A stretch of 62,700 bases of DNA, the filler included. It is 5 parts of 5 records of this genome, joined end to end, with 100 filler letters (N's around TTAATTAATTAA, not from the genome) between each part and the next. Parts side by side here need not be neighbours in the genome. Positions count along the whole stretch, not along the records: positions 29,532 to 42,398 come from SRR2962707_4279; 4 more parts are not named here. One strand, given 5' to 3'. This document shows, in pieces, positions 29,532 to 39,636 of this stretch. The notes under the pieces were generated by a model. It saw only the letters and a list, made by a program, of their open reading frames with translations. It was not told where the DNA came from and did no database searches. A program made the position numbers and the translations under genes. Within the stretch, counting starts at the first letter, position 1, and every line of letters starts with the position of its first letter.

Positions 29532-30347
29532 GAACACAACCTCGGTGACCAGCGAGCCGCCAAGGATGGCGCCCAGCGTCAGCCCCAGCGATGTAACCGA
29601 GGGTAAAAGCGCGTTGCGGGCGGCGTAATTGAACTTCACCCGGCGTTCCGACAGCCCCTTGGCCAGCCCCATGATCACATGATCCTCGCCCAGTTGCCCG
29701 ATCATGTTGTTGCGCATGGTGACGAGATAACCGCCGACGAACACGACCATCAGCGAAATGACCGGCATCAGCGCATGGACGAAGACCGAGCTGATATAGG
29801 TCCATGTAAAGCCCGGATCGAGGCTGGGGTTGAAGGCGTAGCCCGTCGGCAGCCAACGCAGGGCGACGCCGAAGACGAACAACGCGACGATGGCGATCAC
29901 CACCGGCGGAATGGCCTGCAGGGCCAGCGAAGCCGGCGTGATGACCGCATCGAACGCCCCGCCGCGCTTCCAGGCGGCAAATATGCCCATCAGCGTCCCG
30001 ATGGCAAAGGCAAGGACCGTCGCGCACCCGGCCAACAATAGCGTCCAGGGCAGCGCATAGCCGAGCCGTTCATTGACGGTCTGGGGGAAAAAGCGGATCG
30101 AATAGCCCAGATCGCCGGTAAAAACCGATTTGAGATAGGAGAAATACTGCTCGTGCAGCGGGCCCGTCGCAAACCCGAAGGTTTCGATCAGCGCGGCCCG
30201 CGCTTCGGGCGGAATTGTCAATTGCGCCTGGGCGAACATGATGTCGATGGGATTGCCCGGCATCAGCCGCGGCAGCATGAAATTGATCGTCGCGGCGACG
30301 AAGAACGCCACTATGTAAAAGCCCAAACGGCGCAGGATGAATGCCAT
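29532..30347 (-). CDS. Peptide/oligosaccharide ABC permease (OppB/DppB-like; 3' truncated)
   Basis: FMLPRLMPGNP, GDLGYSI, AKGLSERRV..RNALLP EAA loop. Confidence 0.9.
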
Positions 30348-30419
30348 TGTTTTTCTCCTCTTTCGTGAGAAGGGCTGGCGCGACAGCCTGTGCCGCGCCA
30401 GCCGGTGTCGAAGGGAGGA

Positions 30420-32090
30420 TTAGTCTTCGACCGGGCGCAGGGCCAGCAGGTGCAACAGGCGCTCGGGAACGCCCGAATAGACCACCGGACGCGCGACGGG
30501 GTTGTCGGCGTTGAAGAACCCGGTGAAGCGGGCCGTGTTGTATTCGTACCAGAGCGGGTTGTTGAACACGTTGATGAGCGGCATATCCGCGGCGATCAGC
30601 ATCTGGACTTCGTTCATGAGTTCGGTCTGCTCGGCTTCATCCGTCGTCCCGTTGAACGCATCGAGCGCCGCATCGAGTTCAGGATTGGTGTAGCGCGAGG
30701 ACTGGAACCGGCTTTGGCCGATGTGCCGCGAATGCAGCGACTGATCCATGAAGTAGTGCGGCGTCACCCCGGTGGTCACCGAGTTGATGGCCGCCTGATA
30801 GTCGCCCGAGATCAACTGATCGGTCCAGGCCGGGCTTTCCGGGGTCTGCATGGACGCATTGATGCCAAGCTCGTTCAGCCCTTCGACGGCAAGCTGGACT
30901 GTGTTGACCCAGTCGGTCCACCCGTTGGGAACGATGATCGAAAACGCAATCGGCTCCCCGCTCGGGCTATCGATGAACCCGTCGCCATCGGCGTCGGCAT
31001 ACCCCGCCTCATCGAGCAGCGCGCGGGCGCCTTCGATGTCGAACTGGGTGTACTGGCCGTATTCGGCTTCCACTTCAGGGTTGTTCCAGGAGTGGTAAGC
31101 CCGGCCAAGGCCCGAGGGATAATCGTTGACGGTCGGGTAGCCATAGCCGGCGATATCGACCATCGCCTGACGGTCCATGGCCATCGAGAAGGCACGGCGG
31201 AACGCGACGTCGTTGAACGCTTCATCCAGACCCGGCTCGCTCGTTTCCATGTTGAGCGAGAAAAACACCGGCGAGCCGGCGGGGAACCAGTAGCCGTGAT
31301 TGTCCGGATCGTTGCCCACATAGGTGCGCTCGATATCGGGCAGGAACGAACCGAACCAGTCAAGCTCGCCATTGGCGGCTGCGGTCAGCACCTGGTCGTT
31401 GTTGGCAAGCTGGGGCAGGCGCACGCAATCGACATGCAGGCTTTCCGCATCCCAGTAATTGGGATTGGCGCACTGGATGTATTCCTGCGGCGTGAAGCGC
31501 TCGATTTCGGTGAGCGGCCCCGACCCGATCGTCGTGTTGTTCGAATAGGTGACCGGATCGCCTACCTCGGCCCAGATGTGTTCTGGCACGGGATAGACCT
31601 GCACGAGCTGGTAAATCAGGCCCGCATCGATCTCTTTCATCTTGATTTCGACGGTGCGGTCGTCGACGGCGGTGACGCTGTCGAGCTTGGGCCACACGGC
31701 GCGGGCGTCGAGGGCGGGATACTCCGCCATCAGATCGAAGGTGAAGGCCACATCGTTTGCCGTGAGCGGCATGCCGTCCGACCAGGTCAGCCCTTCGCGC
31801 AGGGTGAAGGTGAGGGTCAGAAGATCGTCGGAATATTCGTACGATTCCGCCAGCCGGTATTCCGGCGTGCCGCCCTGAAGGGCGTTAAAGACCACCAGCG
31901 GCTCATACATGAAATCAATGACCGTCGGCAGAACGGTCGTGGTGTTGAACGGGTTGTAGTTCTCGACCCAGGCGGTCAGTTGCTGGGGCACGATGGTCAG
32001 GATGGCGCGGTCGTCCTGCGCCAGGGCCGCACCGGCCGGCAGGACCAGAACGCTGGCCAGCAGCGCCCCCTTGAAGAAATTGGTATTCAT
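30420..32090 (-). CDS. Family 5 solute-binding protein, likely chitooligosaccharide-binding (CBP-like)
   Basis: Signal peptide; NYNPF, MYEPL, LREGLTWSDG, VPNGWTDW; divergent from a ChiS-like kinase. Confidence 0.85.
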   Translation of the reverse strand: MNTNFFKGALLASVLVLPAGAALAQDDRAILTIVPQQLTAWVENYNPFNTTTVLPTVIDFMYEPLVVFNALQGGTPEYRLAESYEYSDDLLTLTFTLREGLTWSDGMPLTANDVAFTFDLMAEYPALDARAVWPKLDSVTAVDDRTVEIKMKEIDAGLIYQLVQVYPVPEHIWAEVGDPVTYSNNTTIGSGPLTEIERFTPQEYIQCANPNYWDAESLHVDCVRLPQLANNDQVLTAAANGELDWFGSFLPDIERTYVGNDPDNHGYWFPAGSPVFFSLNMETSEPGLDEAFNDVAFRRAFSMAMDRQAMVDIAGYGYPTVNDYPSGLGRAYHSWNNPEVEAEYGQYTQFDIEGARALLDEAGYADADGDGFIDSPSGEPIAFSIIVPNGWTDWVNTVQLAVEGLNELGINASMQTPESPAWTDQLISGDYQAAINSVTTGVTPHYFMDQSLHSRHIGQSRFQSSRYTNPELDAALDAFNGTTDEAEQTELMNEVQMLIAADMPLINVFNNPLWYEYNTARFTGFFNADNPVARPVVYSGVPERLLHLLALRPVED

Positions 32091-32385
32091 GAGTGTTGAA
32101 CTCCCTCCAGTTGCACCGCGACCCCTTCGCCGCGGCTGACAGATGTTCCCTCCCCGACGGCAAAAGCGCCGGGATACGCCGAAAAGCGTGGGGACTATAG
32201 TGAGAGGGAGAGGCAGGGTGCTGTCACGGGTGCTTTTCCGTCAATTGCGTACCCAAAACCGGCAAAACCGTCAAAATCGACGTTAAGGGGTATGACCGGC
32301 TTTAAGTATTCTACCATGGCCATATGAATAGACGATGTCATAGGTTGAGCGAGGGGCTCTGCCTTTGGGTTAGGGAGTGACGTCA

Positions 32386-35300
32386 ATGGGCGGGTTTGGG
32401 CTGGCACCGAAGGGTTTCCGCGGCCGCCTGTTCGCGATTCTGATCGCCATCACCACGATTCCGCTGGTCCTGACGGCCATAGTGTTCTTTTCCATCCTCA
32501 ACTCCAATGTCGAGGACGAAACCTTCGCCCGCCTCGCCTTCGTGCGCGATGCCAAGCGCTCCGAACTCGACCAATACCTGACGTTTGCCTTCCGGCAGTC
32601 CGATTCGCTGACCAAGTCGAACGCCGTCCGCTATTCCATCGGCGATTTCTATGGCTTTTCCTACGCCTTCCGCCAGATCGATCCCGATCCGCAAGTGGCG
32701 CGCGACGTGCTGCACACGATCTTTGGCATCGATGGCCAGACCCCGGCAGACGATGGGGCGTTTTCGCCCGACACCGACGCCATGGTTTCCAACGCGCTCG
32801 AATACGCCAACGCCCACCAGCGCTTTCACGAGGAGTATTCGAGCTTCGTGCGCTCGGCCGAGTTCGACAACCTCTATCTGGTCAACACCGATGGCCGGGT
32901 CGTCTATTCGGTCGAAAAGGACGCCTATCTGGGCGGCGATCTCGATGGCGACATGGCCAATACAGCGCTCGGACAACTGGCCGCGGCGACACTCGCAGGA
33001 GACGACCCGGTCCGCATCGCCGATTTTGCCCTCGATCCCGAAACCGGGGCTTTCGGCGCCTATGTCGCCGTACGGGTGGAATTTTATCAACGCCCGCGCG
33101 GCGTGGCGATCTTCCGCCTGCCGGCCAGCGGCGTCAGCGCCATCGTCCAGTCACAGGAAGAAGAAACCGGCAATTTCTACATGATCGCCGGCAATGGCCG
33201 GCTGGTTTCCGCGCCCTCCGATTATGACCTGCCGGTCGGCGCAATCGTGCCTGCGATAGACCAGGACCAGCCCGCCACGTCCACGGCGCTGGTGGGCGAA
33301 GGCCTGTCGGGCGGCGCGGCGCTGGCCGCCTGGGGACCGGTCAACTTTGGCGACACCCAGTGGGCGCTGGTCGCCGAGGTGCCCACCCGCAGCGCCTTTG
33401 CCAATTCCGAAGCGCTGACCCGCTTCGTGCTGATGATTGCGGCCTTTGCCCTGCCCATCCTGTTCTGGGTCGCATACCTGCTTTCGCGCACCATGACGGC
33501 GCCGCTGCAAAAACTGTCCGAAGTGGCCGAGTCGATTGCCGCGGGCGACCTCGAAAGAACCATGCCCAGCGTCGAGCGGCCGACCGAGCTGGGCCGGCTT
33601 GCCGAAAGCTTTAAGCGCATGCGCGACGCCATCCGCGCCCAGCTCTCGCTGATCGGGCAAAAGAACGTCGAACTCGAACGCCATGTCAGACTGATCGAGG
33701 AAAAAAACGCAGCCCTTGAGGAAGCCGACAGGCTGAAAGACACATTCGTTGCCAACACCAGCCACGAATTGCGCACCCCGCTCAACGGCATCATCGGCAT
33801 TTCCGAAACCCTGTCGGCAGGTGCCGTGGGCGAATTGACGCCGCCGCAGCGCAGCCAGCTCGACCTGATTGCCTTTTCGGCACGGCGCCTGTCGCGCTTG
33901 GTGGACGATCTGATCGACATCTACCGCATCCGTCAGGGCCGCATGCGCCTCGACATTCACCCGGTCCATGTTGCGACCTCGATCCGCAACGTCATGCAGC
34001 TTGCCGAGCCGCTGCTGCGCGGCGAACCGGTGACCCTCGACGTCGATATCCCCGAAACCATCCCCTATGTGATGGCCGATCCGGTGCGGTTCGAGCAGGT
34101 GCTCTACAATCTTTTGGGCAACGCCATAAAATACACCGACCAGGGATCGATCTCGATCACCGCCTGGCGGGCCGGAGACGCTGTTGCCGTGGCGGTAACC
34201 GATACCGGGGTCGGCATTGCCCCCGACAGCCTCGAGCGCATCTTCCAGCCGCTCGAAAGAGGTGAAAGCCCTGAAATGATCGCCAAGCCGGGCGGCGCGG
34301 GGCTGGGCCTGACCATCGCCCGCCAACTGGCCAGCGCCATGCACGGCAAGCTGGCCGCGCAATCGGACCTCGGCAAAGGCTCACGCTTCGTTCTCGAAGT
34401 GCCGATTGCCGAAACCGAAGCGACCGACGCCGAAATCCTCACCTATGGCGAGCGCAACGAAGGGCTGCGCGAAACCATGGGCATGCTGCTGGCCGATACC
34501 GCCGAAATGAGCGCCGCCAATTCCGATGAAGCGCCAGTGATCCTCGTGGTCGATGACGAGCCGATCAACATTCAGGTGCTGCGCAACGTGCTCGCCCCGC
34601 AGGGCTATATCGTGCGCGCCGCCGAAAACGGCATGGACGCGCTGGCATCGATCGAAAACCACAAGCCCGACCTCGTGGTGCTCGACGTGATGATGCCGCA
34701 AATGGGAGGGCTCGAAGTCGCCAAGCGCCTGCGCGACCGGTATGGCCTGCTTGATCTGCCCATCATCATGGTCACCGCCCGCTCGCGCACCCGCGACGTG
34801 ATCGCCGGGTTCGAGCACGGGGCCAACGATTATGTGGTCAAGCCTTTCGTCAAGGACGAGCTTCTGGCCCGCATCGCAACGCTTCTCGAAGCCGGTCGCG
34901 CGCGCGGCACGGCACGCGAAAACATCGAGCTCAAATCTGAAATCGAGCGCCGGGTGCAGGTCGAGGACGCCCTGCGCCTGTCCCAGCAGCGCATGGCAAG
35001 GCTGCTCGATACGCTGGAAGCAGGATTGCTCGGGGTCAGCGAAACCGGACGCATCACTTACGCCAATCAGGCCGCATCGATCCTGGCTGGCCGCGTCATC
35101 GACCCGGGCAAGACACTGCTGAGCGATCTTTTGACCCCCACAATGGTCGACGCCATGACCCGCACCATTGCCGATGAAGGCCGCGTGGCGCTCGACGAAG
35201 TGCCCATGGGCCGCTCGGGCAATCCGGTGCTGCTCAACGCCTTTGAAATCGAGGCCGACGCGGGCGGCGGCTTTGCGCTGGTCATCACCCCCGACACTGC

Positions 35301-35820
35301 CGAAACCCGCCAGCAGACCGACCATCTCGTGCGCTCGGTACAGGGCGTTCTCGACACGGTCGGACCGGTCCTGATCGAACAGCAGGCAGCCCAACCCATC
35401 GTGCCCACAGTGGAAACCACGCCGCCGCCGGGCAAGGAGGCCTATCGCGAAACCATAGTTTCCGTAATGACCAACTCGATCTCGCTCTGGCGGCGCGCCA
35501 GGGGTGGATCGAAAATCGATTTCGCCGAGAAAAGCGGCGTCTGGCGCGTCAATCTCGACCGCTCCTCGCTGCAGGCAAGAACGCTCGACAAATACCTGTT
35601 GATCGAAACCCTGCCCGCCAACCCGCGCTGGCGCGACGTGATCCAGACGGCAGAGTTCGTCCTTGCCGACGTCGAAACACAGATCGGGCAAAACGCCGAG
35701 CTCGATGCCCAATACGAACAACTGCGCACCCTCGCCCAGACCCTGCGCGATCTGGTGCGCGAGCACATTCTCCCCAAACCGCGGGGAGAAACCGAACCGG
35801 CAGGCATCCAGGACGCCTGA
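32386..35820 (+). CDS. chiS: ChiS-like hybrid sensor kinase (periplasmic sensor-HAMP-HisKA-HATPase-REC-PAS-C-terminal DNA-binding domain)
   Basis: SHELRTPLNGIIG H-box, NAIKYT, DTGVGI, LDVMMP; C-terminal FAEKSGVWRVNLDRSSLQARTLDKYLLIETLPANPRWR recalled as ChiS-type; GTG at 32377 is an alternative start. Confidence 0.75.
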   Translation: MGGFGLAPKGFRGRLFAILIAITTIPLVLTAIVFFSILNSNVEDETFARLAFVRDAKRSELDQYLTFAFRQSDSLTKSNAVRYSIGDFYGFSYAFRQIDPDPQVARDVLHTIFGIDGQTPADDGAFSPDTDAMVSNALEYANAHQRFHEEYSSFVRSAEFDNLYLVNTDGRVVYSVEKDAYLGGDLDGDMANTALGQLAAATLAGDDPVRIADFALDPETGAFGAYVAVRVEFYQRPRGVAIFRLPASGVSAIVQSQEEETGNFYMIAGNGRLVSAPSDYDLPVGAIVPAIDQDQPATSTALVGEGLSGGAALAAWGPVNFGDTQWALVAEVPTRSAFANSEALTRFVLMIAAFALPILFWVAYLLSRTMTAPLQKLSEVAESIAAGDLERTMPSVERPTELGRLAESFKRMRDAIRAQLSLIGQKNVELERHVRLIEEKNAALEEADRLKDTFVANTSHELRTPLNGIIGISETLSAGAVGELTPPQRSQLDLIAFSARRLSRLVDDLIDIYRIRQGRMRLDIHPVHVATSIRNVMQLAEPLLRGEPVTLDVDIPETIPYVMADPVRFEQVLYNLLGNAIKYTDQGSISITAWRAGDAVAVAVTDTGVGIAPDSLERIFQPLERGESPEMIAKPGGAGLGLTIARQLASAMHGKLAAQSDLGKGSRFVLEVPIAETEATDAEILTYGERNEGLRETMGMLLADTAEMSAANSDEAPVILVVDDEPINIQVLRNVLAPQGYIVRAAENGMDALASIENHKPDLVVLDVMMPQMGGLEVAKRLRDRYGLLDLPIIMVTARSRTRDVIAGFEHGANDYVVKPFVKDELLARIATLLEAGRARGTARENIELKSEIERRVQVEDALRLSQQRMARLLDTLEAGLLGVSETGRITYANQAASILAGRVIDPGKTLLSDLLTPTMVDAMTRTIADEGRVALDEVPMGRSGNPVLLNAFEIEADAGGGFALVITPDTAETRQQTDHLVRSVQGVLDTVGPVLIEQQAAQPIVPTVETTPPPGKEAYRETIVSVMTNSISLWRRARGGSKIDFAEKSGVWRVNLDRSSLQARTLDKYLLIETLPANPRWRDVIQTAEFVLADVETQIGQNAELDAQYEQLRTLAQTLRDLVREHILPKPRGETEPAGIQDA

Positions 35821-35864
35821 CCGCACCGCCCCAACGAACCCCGAAAATTCAAAGGCTACCCAAC

Positions 35865-37772
35865 ATGCCCACGCCCTCATTCCGCCTCGAAGCGGACTGG
35901 AACCCCGAAATCGCGTCCCCCGGCCAGCTCACGATGACGCTGGTCAACACAGGCGAAGCGCCCGTCGAGGGCTTCGCCCTCGGCGTCACCTCGCTGTTCC
36001 GTATCAAGCCCGACAGCCCCATCGAGGGCGCGCGGCTGCTCGAGCAATTGTCCAACTACCATCTGCTGGCCCCCCAGGAAGGGTTCGTTCTCGAACCCGG
36101 CGGACGCTGGGAGATCGTGGCGAAACAGATTTCCCACACCCTGCGCCACTATACCTACGGGCCCAAATCCGCCGCCGTAACGCTGGCCGACGGCACCATG
36201 ATCCTGCCCGAGATCGCGCCGATGACGCTAAAGGGCGAGGCGGGCGCCCCCACCATCGTCCACCCGGGACGCGAGGCGCTGCCGCAAGGCGAAACTACGA
36301 TCAGCGTCATCCCCTTCCCCGCCGCCGTGGAGGTCACCGGCAATGCCGTCCCCGCCATGATCGGCTTCGGCGAAGGGCCGGAAACGGCTTACAACGCCTA
36401 TGAAGCCGCCGCCGATCTGGCGCGCCGGTTGTTTGCCGATGAAACATTATTCGGCGACGGACTGCCCGTGCAGTGCCTCACCGAAGCACGGTTCTCCGAA
36501 GGCGCCTACGAGATCGTTTTCGGGCAGACCGTGACGCTGCGAGCCGGTGATGCCAACGGCTTCCAGCACGGTTTTATCACTCTGGCCCAGATGTTGCGCG
36601 GCGCGCAAAAACACCCCGAGGACTTCATCTTCCCGACCTCGGGCACCATCTCGGATGCTCCGCGCTTTGGCTGGCGCGGCAGCCATCTCGATGTGGCGCG
36701 TCAGGTGTACACAACTGACGAGATCATCGCATTTCTCGACACCATGGCCTGGAACAAGCTCAACCGCTTCCACATTCATCTCAACGACGACGAGGGCTGG
36801 CGGCTCGACGTACCGGACTATCCCGAGCTTGCCGAAAAGGCCGCATGGCGCGGCCCCGGAGAAATCCTGCCGCCGCTGCTCGGCTCACCGTTTGAAAAGC
36901 ACGGGCTGGTCTATCGCGCCGCCGATGTCACGGCCATGGTCGATCACGGGCTGAGCCTGGGCATCCAGACAATTCCGGAAATCGACATCCCCGGCCATTG
37001 CTATTGCGTACTCAAGGCCTTGCCCCAGCTTGCCGATCCCGATGAAACCGGCATCTATCGTTCGGTCCAGTATTTTCCCAACAACGCCCTCAATCCCGCG
37101 CTCGAGGAAACCTACACATTCCTCGAAGCCGTCGTCAAAACGCTTGTCGACCTGTTCCCCGCCAAATGGATCCATATCGGCGGCGACGAAGTGGCCGACG
37201 AAGCCTGGTCCGGTTCGCCCCAGGCACGTTCGATGCAGGGCCCCAATGGCTGGCAGGGCACGTTCGAACTTCAGTCCCATTTCTTGAAGCGGATCCAGTC
37301 GCTGCTGAAAAAATACGGCAAGGACACCGGCGCTTGGGAAGAAGCGGCGCTGGGTGGCGGGGTCGACCCCGACCGCTCCTATCTTGTCGCGTGGAAGAAA
37401 TCGGAAAGCGGCCGCGATCTGGCATTGGCGGGCTATGAGGTGGTTCTGGCTCCCGCCGAACACGCTTATTTCGACATGGCGCAATCGACCGAATGGTGGG
37501 AGCCGGGCGCCAGCTGGGCGGGCACGGTATCGGTTGAAACCTGCTACGCCTTCGATCCGGCCCACGATTGGCCCACCGAGGTGCAGGACAAGCTGATCGG
37601 CGTACAATCATGCCTGTGGAGCGAAAATCTCTCCAACCGCACCCTGTTCGATCACCTGACCTATCCGCGCCTTTCGGCCATCGCCGAAACCGCATGGAGC
37701 CCACGCGGAGCCAAGAATTTCGCCCGCTTCATGGCCATCCAGACGCTGATGCCAAAGGCCAATCTAGGCTAA
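35865..37772 (+). CDS. GH20 beta-N-acetylhexosaminidase (no signal peptide)
   Basis: DAPRFGWRGSHLDVAR, HIHLNDDEGWR, PEIDIPGH, HIGGDE, LWSE, YPRLSAIAE. Confidence 0.92.
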   Translation: MPTPSFRLEADWNPEIASPGQLTMTLVNTGEAPVEGFALGVTSLFRIKPDSPIEGARLLEQLSNYHLLAPQEGFVLEPGGRWEIVAKQISHTLRHYTYGPKSAAVTLADGTMILPEIAPMTLKGEAGAPTIVHPGREALPQGETTISVIPFPAAVEVTGNAVPAMIGFGEGPETAYNAYEAAADLARRLFADETLFGDGLPVQCLTEARFSEGAYEIVFGQTVTLRAGDANGFQHGFITLAQMLRGAQKHPEDFIFPTSGTISDAPRFGWRGSHLDVARQVYTTDEIIAFLDTMAWNKLNRFHIHLNDDEGWRLDVPDYPELAEKAAWRGPGEILPPLLGSPFEKHGLVYRAADVTAMVDHGLSLGIQTIPEIDIPGHCYCVLKALPQLADPDETGIYRSVQYFPNNALNPALEETYTFLEAVVKTLVDLFPAKWIHIGGDEVADEAWSGSPQARSMQGPNGWQGTFELQSHFLKRIQSLLKKYGKDTGAWEEAALGGGVDPDRSYLVAWKKSESGRDLALAGYEVVLAPAEHAYFDMAQSTEWWEPGASWAGTVSVETCYAFDPAHDWPTEVQDKLIGVQSCLWSENLSNRTLFDHLTYPRLSAIAETAWSPRGAKNFARFMAIQTLMPKANLG

Positions 37773-38459
37773 GGCGAGTAGCGCAGCACACGACCCTGCA
37801 CCGATGAGGAAGGGCACGACCTGCCCTTCCTTGCTGGCCGGCAATTCCTGTTTGAGGATATTGAGGATCATCCCTCCGGCCAGCAGCGCGAACGCCATGC
37901 CCGACACGGCGGCAGGGAATTCGACCAGCTCTCCCAACGCCCATCCGGCGAGCACGCTCGCGGCCATCACCCAGCGCCCGATCCTGTCGTAAAGCGCCTC
38001 ATGCCTGCGCCGGAACACGATATCGAGCACGAGAATGTGCAGGCCCAGAACGAGGAAATAGAATAATTCCTGCTCGGCGCCCTTGTCCCCGCGATGCTGG
38101 AGAAAATAGCCGATCAACGCGAAATAGAGCGAAAACCCGGCCATGTGGACGGCAAATCCGGCCGGCCCTCGCATGCGTCTTGAATGGCTGAGATAGGACT
38201 CGAGCGCATAATAGATGCTGGTTCCGGCCAAAAGCACGGGATAAAGAAACGCCTCATAGGAGGCGTGATCGCTCTCCTCGATCCGCAGCCGGTGATAGCC
38301 GATTTCGGGCAGCAGATGGACGAACACATAGGCCGTCGCCGCGCCCCCGGCGAAGCTGAGCCCACTTGGTTGCCGCAACCGCGACCCGATGCCCAACCGT
38401 CCGGCAAAAACGCAGATCAGTGCAAAGCCAAACGCACTTAAGGCCGCCAAACCGTTCAT
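37764..38459 (-). CDS. Multi-pass membrane protein (ZIP-like hypothetical)
   Basis: SFAGGAATAYVFVHLLPEI and LAGGMILNILKQELP resemble ZIP-fold helices; about 7-8 TMs. Confidence 0.65.
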   Translation of the reverse strand: MNGLAALSAFGFALICVFAGRLGIGSRLRQPSGLSFAGGAATAYVFVHLLPEIGYHRLRIEESDHASYEAFLYPVLLAGTSIYYALESYLSHSRRMRGPAGFAVHMAGFSLYFALIGYFLQHRGDKGAEQELFYFLVLGLHILVLDIVFRRRHEALYDRIGRWVMAASVLAGWALGELVEFPAAVSGMAFALLAGGMILNILKQELPASKEGQVVPFLIGAGSCAALLALA

Positions 38460-38513
38460 GGCCACTCAATGCGCCATGACACCTCTTGGTTCAAACGATT
38501 GGCGGAGCAACGC

Positions 38514-38654
38514 TCACTTACGCCGCAGCGCCCGTTCTTCCTCAATGGTGATGGCCCGCGCTCCGGCGATCATGTCGACATAGCCAAGCGCCAGCCCGAA
38601 CACGCCGAAAGCGATAACGACGGCAGCAACAACAACTGCGGTTTCAAAGGGCAT
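38514..38654 (-). CDS. 46-aa single-TM small protein
   Basis: GGAGG RBS; hand translation MPFETAVVVAAVVIAFGVFGLALGYVDMIAGARAITIEEERALRRK*. Confidence 0.6.
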   Translation of the reverse strand: MPFETAVVVAAVVIAFGVFGLALGYVDMIAGARAITIEEERALRRK

Positions 38655-38739
38655 GACAGCCTCCATCGGTTACGTGATGAAGGTGTTATGCGCCTGTTTT
38701 CGCTCGGGTTATTTGATCCAGATCAACCGGACAAAAATT

Positions 38740-39624
38740 TCAGGCAACGCTTTGCTCGGCGGCCCTGAGCGTGTTGGCCATCAGCATGGCGATGGTCATC
38801 GGCCCCACCCCGCCCGGCACCGGCGTGATCGCTCCGGCATGCCCGGATGCGGCAGCAAAATCGACGTCCCCGACCAACCGTGTCTTGCCCTCGCCCTTTT
38901 CAGGGGCGGCGATACGGTTGATGCCCACATCGATCACAGTGGCGCCATCCTTGATCCAGTCGCCCTTGATGAATTCGGGCCGGCCGATGGCAGCGACCAC
39001 GATATCGGCACCGCGGCAGAGACCGGGCAAATCGCGGGTGCGCGAATGGGCAATGGTGACTGTGGCGTTGGCGTGCTGGAGTAGCGCCGCGACGGGCCGC
39101 CCGACAAGATTGGAGCGCCCAACGACAACCGCCGTCAGCCCCGAAATCCCGTCGGGATAGACGGTCTCGAGCAGTTCCATGCAGCCCTTGGGCGTGCAGG
39201 GTACGAGAGTTTTTTCAACCTGCCCGGAGGCCAGACGGCCGATCGACACATCGTGGAGTCCGTCCACATCCTTGGCCGGATCGAGGGCGCCGATGGTGGT
39301 GCGTTCGTCGAGATGGGCCGGCAGCGGCAATTGCACGAGAATGCCGTGGATGGCCGGGTCGGCATTGAGCGTGCCGATCAGCGCCAGAAGCGCCTCCTGG
39401 GTCGTGTCGGCGGCCAGCGTATGCTGGACCGAATGGAAACCGCATTCCTTGGCCATCCGCCCTTTGGACGCCACATAGACCTGGCTCGCAGCATCCTCGC
39501 CGACAAGGACCACCGCCAGACCTGGCGGCACCCCGTTAGCCGCCGTAAACGCGCCAGCGCCCGCCTTGACCCTCTCGATTGCCGAAGCGGCAACCGCCTT
39601 GCCGTCGATGATCCGTGCGGTCAT
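38740..39624 (-). CDS. folD: Methylenetetrahydrofolate dehydrogenase/cyclohydrolase
   Basis: [37 protein letters not shown]. Confidence 0.97.
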   Translation of the reverse strand: MTARIIDGKAVAASAIERVKAGAGAFTAANGVPPGLAVVLVGEDAASQVYVASKGRMAKECGFHSVQHTLAADTTQEALLALIGTLNADPAIHGILVQLPLPAHLDERTTIGALDPAKDVDGLHDVSIGRLASGQVEKTLVPCTPKGCMELLETVYPDGISGLTAVVVGRSNLVGRPVAALLQHANATVTIAHSRTRDLPGLCRGADIVVAAIGRPEFIKGDWIKDGATVIDVGINRIAAPEKGEGKTRLVGDVDFAAASGHAGAITPVPGGVGPMTIAMLMANTLRAAEQSVA

Positions 39625-39636
39625 GGCGACCTCCTT

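Noticed and set aside
30390-32099. 569-aa plus-strand ORF and similar long antisense ORFs (e.g. 34381-35880, 42569-44005, 54836-56242, 59335-60537)
   Set aside because: They lie opposite well-supported genes and have no recognisable motifs.
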